Assembly: GCA_963514005.1 (NCBI GenBank)
Contig: OY740786.1
Coordinates: 50,096,001 to 50,160,000 of the forward strand
Source: Raja brachyura
Lineage: Eukaryota
Length of the DNA stretch: 64,000 nucleotides
Reading direction: 5' to 3'
Made by a program: the position numbers and the translations under genes. Shown here one piece after another: positions 12,731 to 25,872 of the stretch; position 1 is the first letter of the stretch; the number at the start of each line of letters is the position of its first letter. The notes beneath the pieces were generated by a model, which was not told the DNA's origin, ran no database searches, and worked only from the letters and a program-made list of their open reading frames with translations.

Positions 12731-13609
12731 ATAATCAATTGCAGATTGTTTGTAATCTCTTGCTCCTGTTAACTGTGGTTAGGATGATGAAAGTAGAGTT
12801 GAGAAAAGAGCTTTGACTTTCTGTCTGATTGAACCTGCAGCTGAATGAGGCAGTGACCTTGACAATGACCATCCCCCTGGCAATTTAGCTGCAGATGTAA
12901 TTACAACAGCATATTTAACATCAGCACAGGGCCAATGCTAATCACATATCAACAGAAGCAATTTATAATGGCTCAAGGTAGGTAGGCTTACAAGGGTTCC
13001 TTAAATAGTTAATGATATAAAGACAATGTATTTCTCCAAATATTTTGCCAAATGATCATTCTGACTCGTAGCACTTTATCGATTAAGTATTGCATTTATA
13101 TTAACTTCTGCAATTAATTTTATTCTGGTTTGATGATTGCCATTAATAGCAATGGAATTATGGTCTTAGTATTAAAACATTCTCAAACGAACTTCAAAAC
13201 AGCCTAATTAGATTCTTTCAATAACACTGCTGGGGTTCACAAGGACTGAGAAATAAAGAATGTTTTCCGTACATATTCCAAGAAAATGTGTAATACAAAA
13301 TGTTATCCAAGTGTCCCATCTAACAGCCATTTTGTATCAAATTTGCATATGCACCTTGCTTGTACGTTGTGTTAGTAAACCTGCCTAGTGCATCTGGTTT
13401 GCCTCATTCAATGCAATACTTTGAATGAACAAAAATGTAAATATTTTGTAAAATACATGATAGGTGTTTGAATGGATATGGTATACGAATGGAGAACAAT
13501 ACTTAGATTGGAAAATATTTCAACATCAGCTGATTCTGGGCACATGTTATGTAGTATGTCTGTTGTTTCAGCACAATTATCCAAGTTTATTTAAGAAACC
13601 TTGTCAAGT

Positions 13610-14489
13610 AAAGTTCAAAGTTCAAATGTATTTGTCACATGCACCATAAGGTGCAGTGAAAGGTAATTAACCATGCAGCGTTACAATTAAAAAAAACACA
13701 ATACACAACATAATTCAACACAGGCATCCACCACAGCATTCTTCACTGTGGTGGAAGGCAATGCAGTTCAGACAGTCCTCCTCCTCCTCCCTTGTTCACC
13801 TGTGGTCGGGGCCCTTACCCTCGGTAGTCACCGCTATGGATGGCCCGATGTTCAAGTCCTCTGGTTGGGATGGTCAGAACGCCGATGTCGAGACAGGTCG
13901 AGCACACCCCGTGGCCTGGAGCTCCCAAATCGGCCACCTCCATACGGAGACTGCGGCTTCCAGATGTTGTAGGCCGCAGGCCGTTGGTCGGAAAGTCTGC
14001 TCCACGCCTGCCGCCAGAAGCTCCATGTGCCGCGGCTTCCAGATGTTATAGGCCACAGGCCAGTGGTCGGAGCGCTTCTCCGGCGACCCCCGGCAAGGGG
14101 GTCCGCGATACTACAGTCCCTGCTGTGCAGGCACTGAATCTCTGGGCTCGCGATGTTAAGGTCCAGCTGCGCCGCCGCTGAAGCTCTGGGCCCGACTCCG
14201 GGAAAGGCTTCACCAAACCAGCTGTGAGGCTGCATGGAGGGAGCGAAGAAGCGACAAGGAAGAAAGTCACCTCTCCATCGAGTAGGTGCCTGAAAACAGT
14301 TTCCCTCCATACCCCCCCCAGTTCCCCCCCCCCCCCCCCCCTCCTCCCCCCCCCCCCCCCCCCCCCCCTACACACAAGACATACAGAGAAACACTAAAAC
14401 ATACTTTTGGACAAACTTTTAAAAAAAAAAATTAAACAATGACCCGCTGCAGGCACGGCAGCCGACTCGCAGCGCCACCGGAACCGAAA
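13610..14489 (-). mobile_element. GC-rich non-coding retroposon with (TTTGAAC)n tail
   Basis: Candidate TSD GTCAAGT at 13603-13609 and 14490-14496. CpG-rich body with an internal poly-C tract. Shares a motif with 18720-19260 and 25075-25445. Confidence 0.65.
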
Positions 14490-14649
14490 GTCAAGTTTAT
14501 TGTCATATGTAGAAGAACAATGAGCTTCTACATATGACAATAATGTAGAATGAATATCTTGCTTACAGCAGCATCACAGGCACTGAAACTCAATCAACAC
14601 ATAAAACATAAACTATATACAAATTACACTTAAATTCTGCAAGACAGGC

Positions 14650-15090
14650 AGGGGCTGCTCGGTGGTGCAGCGGTAGAGTTGCTGCCTTACAGTGTCAGAG
14701 ACCCAGGTTTGATTCCGACTATGGATGCTGTCTGAACAGAATTTGTACGGAGTTTGTTCTCCCTGTGACCACGTGGGTTTTCTCCGAGATCTTTGGTTTC
14801 GACCCACGCTCCAAAGACCTACAGGTATGTAGGTAAATTGGCTTGGTAAATGTAAACATTGTCCTTGATGAGTAGGATAGTGTTAATATAATAATAATAA
14901 TAATATATTTTATTGTCATTACACATAAGTGCAACGAAATTTGGTTTGCAACTTCCATCTGATGTCATAACTTAATCGACAAATAAAATTTAGGTTTAGA
15001 TACCCAGAGAACAAGATATACGGGGATTGCTGGTCGGCGTGGACCAAAGAGCCTGTTTCCATGCTGTATCTCTAAAACTAAAAAACTAAG
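14650..15090 (+). mobile_element. tRNA-derived SINE with a small insertion (about 14890-15020)
   Basis: Same A/B boxes, core and tail as 11906-12220. Confidence 0.8.
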
Positions 15091-15189
15091 AGTAAAAAGA
15101 AACAAATACAGTTCAAAATAAAACAAAATATTAGTTCAAAATACAATTGGAATAAAACAAGTTTATGGTACTGCAAGAGATAATCTGTG

Positions 15190-15530
15190 GTGTTACATTG
15201 CAGAGGTAGGATTAGAGATTATGGGTTGATTTAATAATATAATAGTAGTAAGAAAGCAGTTGTTCGTCAACCTGTTGGTGTGGGACCACAGATTCTGTAT
15301 CTCCTGCCCCTAGTGAGAAGCGGGTATGACCCAGATGGTGGGGAGGCTTGATTAGAAATGCCACCTTCTTGAGGCAGCACCTTATGTAGATACTTTCATT
15401 GGTGGGGAGTGCGATCCCCATGATGGACCAGGCTGAGCCCACCATTTTCTACAGCCTTTTATGTTCTTTGTGGTGGACTCGACCATGATGCAACTAGGCA
15501 TGATACTTTCAACAGTGTATCTGTAGAATA
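15190..15530 (-). mobile_element. Rex1/Babar-like LINE 3' fragment
   Basis: LPTNESIYIRCCLKK..HHLGH is homologous to 24495-24851. Confidence 0.6.
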
Positions 15531-16329
15531 TTGTTAGTCTTTTTTTTCACAGTAATTTCTGCATAATTCATGTGTGATTTAGATTAATTAAGTATAATTA
15601 ATGTTATTGTGTGTTTGAAACTATGTGTCTGTGAAATTGCTGCAAGCAATATTTTAATGATTTGCGCACCTTACCATACCTATGCATATGACAAAATCAA
15701 ATTGACTTGACTTAACCAACTCTGGATGTTTTAATTCTCTCAATGATACTGCAACCTCAAAACACTCACAGAGTTGGAGAATCATTGCAGAGTTGCAGGA
15801 GAACATTTGGGCTAGAATTTGATGAGTATTAAAATGTTACATGGAAGACAGAGATATAGATATAACAAGACTCAGAACAATCAACACAGACATGTGGGGA
15901 AGAGCTCTGATGAGAATCTCACTGAGATTTATAATAAGCCTTCTTTTATACACCTTGGAGGCAAGAACAGCAATTAACAATCAGATGCTAATCTGACTAT
16001 TAATGTTTTTACTTATAGATAGGTTAACTATTTGGCCACTCCATTGTTATTATTTAGTATGCAGGTTAAGTGTACCAGGCAGTATATTTAGTAATGCATA
16101 ATTTGAGGGAATCGTGTTTCAAGGAAATGCAAGAGGAGGGGATAATTAATTAACAAAAGAATAGACAAAACACATAGAAGGTCTCTAGAGAACTATAGTA
16201 GTTGAGGATTCTGAGCTTGTTTCTGGTATAATTGTCATGGTACCCGAGGCCATTAACTGAAAAAAGATTGCCCCTATTCTGATGTGAAACATTGCACTGG
16301 CCAACATTATGGCATAAGGTTATGGCGAA

Positions 16330-16850
16330 ATGATAGGAGTAGAATTAGGCCATTTGGCACATCAAGTCTCCTCTGCGATTCAATCATGGCTGATCTATCT
16401 GTCCCTCCTAACCCCATTCTCCTGCATTCTCCCTATAACCCTTGACCACCATACTAATCAAGTATCTATCTATCTTTGCCTTAAAAGTATCCATTGACTT
16501 GTCTCCACAGCCTTCTGTGGCAAAGAATTCTACAGATTCACCACCCTCTGACAAAAGAAATGTCTAGGAAAGAACTGCAGTGGTTGGTTTAAATCAAAGG
16601 TAGACACAAAATGCAGGAGTAGCTCAACTGGACAGGCAGCATATCTGGAGAGAAGGAATGAGTGATGTTTCAGATCAAGACCCGTCTTTAGACTGAAATG
16701 TCTCCTCATCTCCTTCCTAAAGGAACGTCCTTTAATTCTGAGGCTATGACCTCTGGTCCTAAACTCTCCCGCTAGTGGAAACATCCTCTCCACATTCATA
16801 CTAACAAAGCATTTCACTATTCGATAAATGTTTGGTAAGTTTCAATGAGT
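16330..16850 (-). mobile_element. CR1 3' fragment interrupted by a Penelope-end short element (about 16560-16697)
   Basis: RTRGHSLRIKGRSFRKEMRR...FFCQRVVNL is split by the short repeat, with AAATGTCT on both sides of it. Confidence 0.8.
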
Positions 16851-18719
16851 CAGTTGCATTACGAGTAGTTCAGGTTCAGTTCTGACCTTTGGTATTGTTT
16901 ATATGGATTTTACAAGTTGGCCCTGTGACCACATGAGTTTCCTTTGGATTCTCTGGTTTCTTCCTACATCCCAAAGAAGTGCTGCCTGTTAGGTTATTGG
17001 TTATATTAAGTTATACCTGGTAGATCACTGGTGGGCGAAATCACAGGGTGCTAATGGGCTGGTGTGAGAAAATAGATACAGGGAAATAAATGGATGTTAA
17101 ATTGATGCGATTGTTGTGGCACCTTCGTGATGGGTTAAATAAGCTCTTTCTATGTTGTGAGGAGATAGGAGAATAAAATATGGGAACAGCCCAATAGTAT
17201 CATATTGGCCTTCTTATTCATTACTTGAATCAAATGGATTTTGTCATTGACTTCTAAAATGACGTCAATTGTTCCCAGTGCTATACTTCCATAATCTGTC
17301 CTCCTACACTGGATTCTTTTTTTGGTATCTTTTCTGAATAATTTAAAGCTGGAAATATTTTAGAAATAAAACTCTTTTTTGAAACATGAACTTCATATTC
17401 TTCCACAACTAATTGTATCTGCAGCTTACTTAACATTATTACCAGTTATTGTGTATTTACACACAGGAATTTAAATCTGATTTTGTCATGTTCATTGGCT
17501 CTGCTAGCCTGCTCCCACCTTTGTTGTTGCACCTGTTTTATATGTTACTCCCAATCCTTCGTCCAACGTATTATTCAATTTTATAGCAATATGTTGTTCC
17601 CCACATCCTGCTAGTTTAAAATCTTTTACAACCAAACTCGCAAATCTCCCCATAAGGAAATTGTTCCCAAACACTTTATACAGTGAACACAGAAATCAGT
17701 ATAAACCTCAAATATATTTTGAACATGGTGTAAAACATTATCCCATTGTAAATTTGCAGTGAATTGGAGTAGTACTGGGAATTTGTGCTAATACAGCATT
17801 GCTTTCCAAATGGGTACACAAGCAGAACCAATAAAAATCCTTTCATTGCAGGCAAAACATTAATGTTGCTTCCTGCTGTGTTTTAGGTATTGCAAAATGA
17901 CTACATTTGGCAGCATTTGTTTTCAACACAGTTTGACATTTGACAAACCCAGCCACCGTTCGACATGAAGGTAATCAGCATAATCATTCATTCATGGGCC
18001 GTTGTAACCTGCTGTATAAAATGAATAAATTGAGTTACATTCACAGCTATTGGTGGTGCAGGCACTATTAATGAGGGTGATTTCAGGTCATCATTTAAAA
18101 GGTATGAGTCATTAGAAAGAATATCTCTATTGAGATCAAAACAGTGCAGGCACTGCTGTTTATCAGTGCTCTGAGGCTCGTTCTTGACATATACATTCTC
18201 TGGAAGGAATATACTCACCTGAATTATCTCCTCTGAACTTACTTCATTGCTTTTGTACTAGGGACCAATGACTATTCCTCTGTGTGATACGAATGCTGGC
18301 ATTCATATCTCCTTTAAATAGACGATTTCAATGGAAAAAAAAATGTATATTTCAATTAATAATTGTACATTAATTATTTTTCCCTTTATTACAGATATAT
18401 AGTACATTAATTATTATTTCCTATTGTATAAATATCTGGTACAGCTTAATGTATCAGGCATAAATGTGAGGTAATTATGTTAAAGGTAACATTACATTAC
18501 TAACATTTTCAGAACACACACCTCAGCAATCCGATTATAAAAAAATGGGAGAATTATAAGATTTCTCTTGTGCTTAAACTATCATAAATTCTCAAATTAT
18601 CTTTTTTTTCATTGGTTTAGACAAGATCACTTTTACCAATATGAATACTTTTACTGGTGGGTTTTGTTCAGATCCCTTATTATAGAATACTCACGTCTGT
18701 GAAATTTAAATATCTTTCA

Positions 18720-19260
18720 TAATCATAACCATAATCATACTTTATTAGCCAAGTATGTTTTGCAACATACGAGGAATTTGATTTGCCATACAGTCAAACC
18801 AATAAAAAGCAATAGAACACACCAAATACATACAAAATACATTTTAACATAAACATCCACCATAATGACTCCTCCACATTCCTCACTGTGATGGAAGGCA
18901 AAATTAAAGTTCAATCTCTCCCTTCTTTGTCCTACAGCGGTTGGGGGCCTCTTATCTTCCGTTGACGGTTCGATCTTACTCCCGTAGTTAGTGGCGGGCC
19001 CTCCTCATCGGGTCGATCAAGCTCCTGCATCGGGGGGGGGGGGGTGGGGGGGGGGGGAAATCTCAGCTCCCCCGTGCTGGGCAATCTACCCTGGGTCGGG
19101 GCATTTGAACGTCGTGCGCGTTTTGGAGTTTCCCGACGTCGGTCTCAACCCGGGACTGCGAGCCCTTCATGTTATAGTCCGCAGGCTGCGGTTGGAGGCA
19201 AGGAATCGGCTCCGATGATAAGTCCATGCCCTGTGGTGGGGCTTTATGAATGCCTCTGAT
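18720..19260 (-). mobile_element. GC-rich non-coding retroposon fragment with (TGATTA)n-like tail
   Basis: Its 3' end is the reverse complement of 25285-25445. Confidence 0.65.
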
Positions 19261-19724
19261 AACAAAGTAAGTTTGCAATATGAAGACATGGTGGTAACCA
19301 TATTAGGGTGGACACCGGAGATTACTGCACATAGTTATTTGTAAAATTGAATTTTTTTAAAGCGAATTAAAAACAAGTTGTCTACCACTAACAAAAAAAA
19401 TATGGATAGCAATAGGATTGTTGTAAAAGATTAATTAATGCTTTAGTCTGGTCCTCGTATCCCATATTACACAGTTAAATCATTACACCTTTGGCACTCA
19501 CATGGGAAAGAGATGGGTAATAAATGCAAACTTGATTAAGATGTTCACATTCCAAGAATAACTATGTTTTTAAATAAGGAACTGGTAATCTGTCTAAGAT
19601 AATAAAATGGTCATTAAATTACTTAACTCATGTCAAAATATTATCCGTGCAGCAGAACAACACAACTTTGGAATTCATTTTAGTTTTAAATTAATGAGAA
19701 CATGTAAACAAATAGAGAAAATGA

Positions 19725-19890
19725 AATAAATAGGGCTAACGGAATCAAGGGATATAGGGAAAAAGCCAAAAAAAAAGCAGGAATGGGATACTGATTTTGG
19801 ATGATCAGCTATGATCATATTGAATAGCAGTGCTGGCTCAAAGGGCCAAATGGCTTCCCCTGAACCTGTTTTTCTATGTTTCTATGTTTC
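19725..19890 (+). mobile_element. CR1 3' end
   Basis: GGAATCAAGGGATATAGGG..TTTCTATGTTTCTATGTTTC tail. Confidence 0.8.
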
Positions 19891-22236
19891 TAATAACAAT
19901 AAAAGTCTTACACACATTTACAATAGAAACCCTGCAAGATTCTCCTTGAATGGAAATAATATAAAGTCATAATGTAAATGTTATTCGTTATTTTTCAAAT
20001 AATAGGTTTACATGCTCCATGCTCTTTTTTTTTGTTTTTGCCTGTCTCCTGACTGCGGAAGCTGTGATGATCTCTTGAAAGCTCCAAAGAAATTTTCCTG
20101 AATCTGAAGAGCACTACTTTGCAAATAAACTCAGAAACTGTAATTTGCACTTTCTTGACTGTCAAAGAAATAATGAATCTTCTATGCATAATGGTAAGTC
20201 ACACTTGTTTTATAGAAGATTGGGACCTCTCACAAACTTCGTAGGCAATGAGCAAAAACTTCTGCATGAAGTTAAATTTAGAACAACACAGGTTGCCTAT
20301 TAACCCCAGAAGCTGAATTTACATTAGGCAGGGTAACACAGCTCCGAAATGTATGCTGAAAAGCACTTCCCTCTAACTTCCATGTTAATTCCATGATTAT
20401 CCTGTTTTATTCCCTGCTATATTTTAGTGGAAGGGAAAATAAATGAACAACTGTTAATATTAATTAATATATACATGATCCCAGAGCTGGAAAAGGAGGT
20501 CATCCTATGCATAATGACTGTACCAGCTGTTTGAAAGAACCATCTGAGACCTCCCATTTCCTGTTTAATTCCCACTACCAGACTTTTTTTCCTGCTGCTC
20601 TTTCACCAGATTTACCACGAGAGCTTGGGAAATATGGAGAGATGGTCAGGGTATAGGTGAATTAATATGCAGAAAATTGAGTAATCCAGATATCTCTGGA
20701 ATAATTTCTCAAAACCCTTCAGCAATTATGCAGTGTGATCTCATGCAAGTGTTATCCATCTAAAGCTTCTTTCTAATCTGGAAAGATAAAATACCCAGTC
20801 TTTGTAATTAAATTAGCAGGTCCTTTCATAATGAGATTGATGATGTATCTATTCTGTATTAAGCTACAGTAAGTGGTTGATTTACTATTCCAGCAGCTCT
20901 GCCTTGCCATGCCTTGTGCAAAAGAAGACAGGACTTTGCTGTGACTGTCTATTTTCTATCGCCCCATCTGCCTAGTAATTCCTGGCAAGAAAAGAGCTCT
21001 TGGAGGAAGCATTCAGGCCTTGCCAGATATATTGTATGCTGAAAAGCTTGTGTGAATTGCTGAGCGAGAATGCAGTAAGGCTTTTCTAAATATATGTGTG
21101 CCTCAAATATTTTTTGCAGTATATTTATTGTTTGAAAATTCAGTTGAATGACCCAGATTCAGAGCACATTGACCAACAGTTAATGCCAACATCCTCTCTT
21201 CCCCTGGATTTAAATCGTTCAGATCTGGGAGGCCTATCCTGTCCAATGGGTCTTCGACCAATGCAGGTTTGAATGACATCAATCAATGTACAGATAAATT
21301 AATGATAGGTCAGGAAATGTACACAAGACAGACAAAGCTGGAAAATTAAATTAAGTCTGAAAAGAGAAATCATGAATGATGTTTGAAATGTCTTTAAGTA
21401 ATTGCAATGGAGAGATTGTTAACCAACATTGTGTGGAATTAAGTAACTAGCAGAGAAAAATAATTACTTATTACTAAGGGGAATTTGATTAACCAAATAA
21501 ATTGGCAAATGATTGACCAACAACACTAGAAATTATTATTTTTGGCAAAGAGGGGGAATACATAATAAAATAGATAGTAAAGCAGAAAATGAAGTAACAT
21601 TTGATGTATGTACAATTATGAGAGATATAGTTAAGGAAATCAGCCTGAACCTTTCTACCCAGGGTGGAAATATCAAAGACTGTTGGGCATCAGCTTAAGG
21701 TCAGACAGGAACATTTTAAGGGACATGTGCGGGGAAAATATCTTACGGAGAGTGGTGGGCCTTGAACACATTGCCATGGATGGTGGTGGAGGCAGATATA
21801 TTAGTGGTATTTGAGGCTTTTAGAGAAGTACATGAAAGTGCAGGGAATAGAGGGATCTGGATCACTTGCAGGCAGAGTTGACCAATAGAACTTGGAATCA
21901 TGTTTGGAACAAACATTATGAAAGGCATGTTTCTGCGCTGTACTGTTCTATATTCAAAAGGGAAGGTTGGGATTCTTTAACTGAATAGTCATGGACATCC
22001 ACCAGAGAATTAACAAGAGAGTAGAAATCACTAACCAATGTTTAAATTCAAAACACTAAGTATTCGTTTGGTTTGTGTTGTGATTTGTGAAATAAGCCAA
22101 TGAGAACCTGAAACCAGTTGATATAAAAGTTGTTATCATCTGGAGAAACAGACATTTGGAGATTCCCTTGGTAGAATTTTCCAAATATCAAATGTTTATA
22201 TTCTTATGACCAGAGATTCAAGATAATAGCAGGTAG

Positions 22237-22419
22237 ATCATTACAATTTCAAACCCGAACTTCAGTATTGGAGTCTCACAAAAAAGTTCCATTAAATCAT
22301 TACAATTTCAAACCCGAACTTCAGTATTGGAGTCTCACAAAAAAGTTCCATTAAATCATTACAATTTCAAACCCCAACTTCAGTATTGGAGTCTCACAAA
22401 AAAGTTCCATTAAATTACA
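22237..22419. repeat. Tandem repeat, 3 x 59 bp
   Basis: Units start at 22237, 22296 and 22355 and differ at one base. Confidence 0.95.
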
Positions 22420-23099
22420 TATTTACAATATAAGCATGTCGTAGTTGACAAGACACCTCTGAATATTCCAATACTTTTTTGATTCAAAGTAATTAATAAG
22501 GATGGTCTTAAAGCTTCCAACAAAATAAACTGCAGATGCTGGAATATTGGGGGGGGGGGGGGAGCACAAACAGTTGGAGGTGCCTGCTGAGTTTCAACAG
22601 CACTTTGTGTTTTGCCTTGTTGAAGGTGCAGTTATGGTAGACTTCAGGGCAGAGCACAAGCAGCTCATAAACTGCTGATAGTTTTGTGGCTTCTGTAGGC
22701 TGGAAATGTTCTGGTCATTTCTAAGACACTGCCAAATAAGTGCTGCCTTTGTGGGGTACTTGAGATCCTTGAGATCTTCAAGATCAAACATTTTGAGGCA
22801 ACACTTCTGTTAACAAGTTTGTGCCTGTCATGGTGTGGATAATGGGAATTTCTTTGTGGTTCTTCATTTGGATAATGACACAATCATACAGATGTCAGTG
22901 ACATATGTTGGTTCATCGGAACTATCAAGCCAATTTCTGGACTAATCAACCTTGGTTCCACACCGCTAAGAGCCAAGAATAGGCATAAATTCATTTGGGT
23001 TGTGAGATAGTTAATGCCCCCTGGGAGGAAAAGCACGGAGGCCTCCTCAATCGCTATAGCCTTAATGTCTATGCCCTGTATTCATCCTTCATAGGTTGA

Positions 23100-24030
23100 G
23101 CTAAAAAAAACAAGAAGGCTATATCTCATCTCCAAAATATTAAGTATTCAGGATCCCCACTGATGGCATGTCCACTGAAGTTCTGAAGAGCTGACGAATC
23201 CATAATCTCTTTACACCTGGGAAGAAAATGATGTACCAGGCGATTCAGAGATGCTGAAAAGGTGATAATCTTCAAGAGAGGAGGCAAGTTATTTTATGTT
23301 AATTAAAGAGAGCTATCCCTCAATTGCCTCCCAGTGCCAATAACTATACATGATATTCATCTAATCTCAGTAAAGTACCTCATTCCATCAGCCTGCAGGG
23401 TCTGTTGAACATGTTTCTCAAAAATGTGCTCTCATCATATGTTTGGTCATGTCAATATGAAAGCCAAGATCAGAACCAAAGGGTCTAAAACAGAACTTAT
23501 CTCAGTGAAGACTGTGTTATTGTCCCAACATTCCTCACTCTTTCATGCCTCCATATTGCACCTCATCTCTGACAAACTTCCCATGAGAATAGAACTAATG
23601 TTCAAAACTAATTGGAAACCGTTCAATTGATGGTGACTACCCTCCAGAACCAAGGTTGTTTGAATCTCAGTAGACGAGCAGCAATCTGTTTGTAGGTTAA
23701 GGTTCAAGTCATTCCGACTTGAACAATGATGCGTTTGAGAGGATGACCCTTGCACTCATCCACAATAGGAAACTCTACTAAACTGTTCCTGTTATGTGAT
23801 ACTATCCTTGTATAATAAAGGTACAAAGCAAGATCCTGAAAAAAATGTGAACCACTTTGCATATTTCAGGAGTCATATCTCGGCGAAGGAAAATATTGAT
23901 AATGAAATTTGTTACCTGCTTCAATGGGTTTTCACACACATTTTTGTTGATTGAGGAAAATAATGTTGGCAAATCCTGACCTTAGATATGACACAAACTG
24001 GTCTACTGAGCAGCAGTGTTCCCTAATCTC
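23100..24030 (+). mobile_element. Degraded RTE-like LINE RT fragment (resumes at about 30385)
   Basis: Decayed codons resembling RDA..IFKKG..YRGISL and FxYLGS..VYRAAV.P. Continues after the nested insertions with YASET... Confidence 0.55.
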
Positions 24031-24124
24031 TTTCGATCTTATACCTTAGAGATACAGTGCGGAAACAGGCCTTTCGGCACATTGAGTCTGTGCTTACCCC
24101 AGCAATTACCCCGTATACCCCGAC

Positions 24125-25445
24125 CACCAGGGATGCCGGGGAGATGGCCAGCCCTGCCGGCAGTCTGTTCGTTTTTCATCATTTTGTTATTTTTAATGTC
24201 TGTTAAGAGTTTGTTTTAATGTACTTGGGTTGGTTTTATGTGGGGGGAGGGGGTTGGGGGATCAGGGGAATTTCTTTTTTCAAGTTCTTACCTTCCCAGA
24301 GATGTGATCATTTTTCGGATCACATTCTCCAGGCTCTGTGACCTAACATAGATGGAGTTGGAAGCCTTCTCGGACTGTCGTGAGCCCCATCGCGGGGCGC
24401 GGACTTAAAATCGGAGCTGATCCCTTGCCTGGGATTGCTCCCACAGCGGCTTGCGGACTTACCATCAAGGTCTCGCAGTCTCGGGATTGTCAGTTTGTCA
24501 ATCAGGGTCGGTTTGTCAAGGAGGACTCTCTCTAACTTCTACAGGTGCACAGTAGAGAGAATACTGACTGGTTGCATCGTGGCTTGGTTCGGCAACTTGA
24601 GCGCGCTGGAGCAGAAAAGACTACAAAAAGTAGTAAACACTGCCCAGTCCATCACTAGCTCTGACCTCCCTTCCATTGAGGGGATCTATAGCAGTCGCTG
24701 CCTCAAAAAAGCGGGCAGTATCATTGAGGACCCACACCACCCTGGCCACACACTCATCTCCCTGCTACCTTCAGGTAGAAGGTACAGGAGCCTGAAGACT
24801 GCAACTACTAGGTTCAGGAATAGCTACTTCCTTACAGCCATCAGGCTATAAAAACTTGGCTCGGACAAAACTCTGACCATTAATAGTCCATTATCTGTTT
24901 ATTTGCACTTTATCAGTTTATTTATTCATCTATGTATATATTTATATAATGGTGTATGGACACACTGATCTGTTTTGTAGTCAATGCCTACTATGTTCTG
25001 TTGTGCTGAAGCAAAGCAAGAATTTCATTGTCCTATCAGGGACACATGACAATAAACTCTCTTGAATCTTGAATCTTGGGAGAGGCTAGTTGGGAGCTCC
25101 AACGCCGCGGAAGACTCAACCAGCCTCAACGTGAGGTTTGATCGCCCGGCGCGGGGGAACCCCCCGATGCAGGAGCTGAACACCTCGATGGAGGGCCCGA
25201 ACGCCGCCAGCTACAGGAGTCAAGACCGTCCTGTCAACGAAGGGCTCGAGGCCCCCGACCGAGGAAGAACCAAAGGAAGGACTTGAACTTTATTTCGCCT
25301 TCCATCATAGTGAGGAATGTGTAGGAGTCACTGTGGTGGATGTTCATGTTAAAATGTGTTTTTGAGTCTGTTGCTTTTGACTGACCTGGCTAGTGAAATT
25401 CCTCGTATATTGCAAAACATACTTGGCGAATAAAATCTGATTATA
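24125..25445 (+). mobile_element. GC-rich non-coding retroposon, interrupted by a Rex1/Babar-like fragment
   Basis: CpG-rich halves at 24125-24490 and 25075-25445. The tail matches 18720-18910. Confidence 0.6.
24495..25075 (+). mobile_element. Rex1/Babar-like LINE 3' fragment
   Basis: NFYRCTVERILTGCIVAWFGN..LQKVVNTAQ..HPGH..LLPSGRRYRS..TTRFRNSY, followed by a 3' UTR and (TTGAATC)n tail. Confidence 0.8.
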
Positions 25446-25607
25446 GTATCCTACACACACTAGGGACAATTTTACCACTTACCAAAACCAATTAACCTAC
25501 AAACGTATACGTCTTTGGGATGCGGGAGGAAACCGGAGCACCCAAAGAAAATCCATGCGGTCACAGGGTGAACGTACAAACTATGTACAGACAACAGTCA
25601 TAGTCAG

Positions 25608-25810
25608 TGTAAATAGGCAATTTACAAACTCTAAAAGTGTTCAACACATTTTAATGATAGCACAAGGTATTACATACATCCTCAAATACTGGCTACATTC
25701 TTCTAGTGAACCGTATCCAGGAAGGGGAAGGCGTTATGATTGATGTTAACTAGGCGGGGTTAATGGTACTGAGGTAACTATGTTATTGGTTGCATGCAAA
25801 ACCATCTACA
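25608..25810 (-). repeat. Gypsy 3' LTR
   Basis: Identical to 30119-30321 by direct comparison. Confidence 0.97.
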
Positions 25811-25820
25811 TCCTTCCCCT
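25811..25820 (-). other. Polypurine tract
   Basis: AGGGGAAGGA on the minus strand, immediately before the 3' LTR. Confidence 0.9.
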
Positions 25821-25872
25821 TAGAAAATTTAAAAGAAACAGACCGTTGTCACTACAACAGAATTAAACAGAA

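Noticed and set aside
13748-14375. Cluster of GC-rich ORFs
   Set aside because: Stop-poor GC-rich and poly-C repeat sequence with no domain signal.
17988-18218. Host exon (76-aa ORF)
   Set aside because: No recognisable protein similarity and no consistent splice pair.
22237-22419. CRISPR-like array
   Set aside because: The units are contiguous with no unique spacers, the context is eukaryotic and there are no cas genes. The same applies to 57031-57252.
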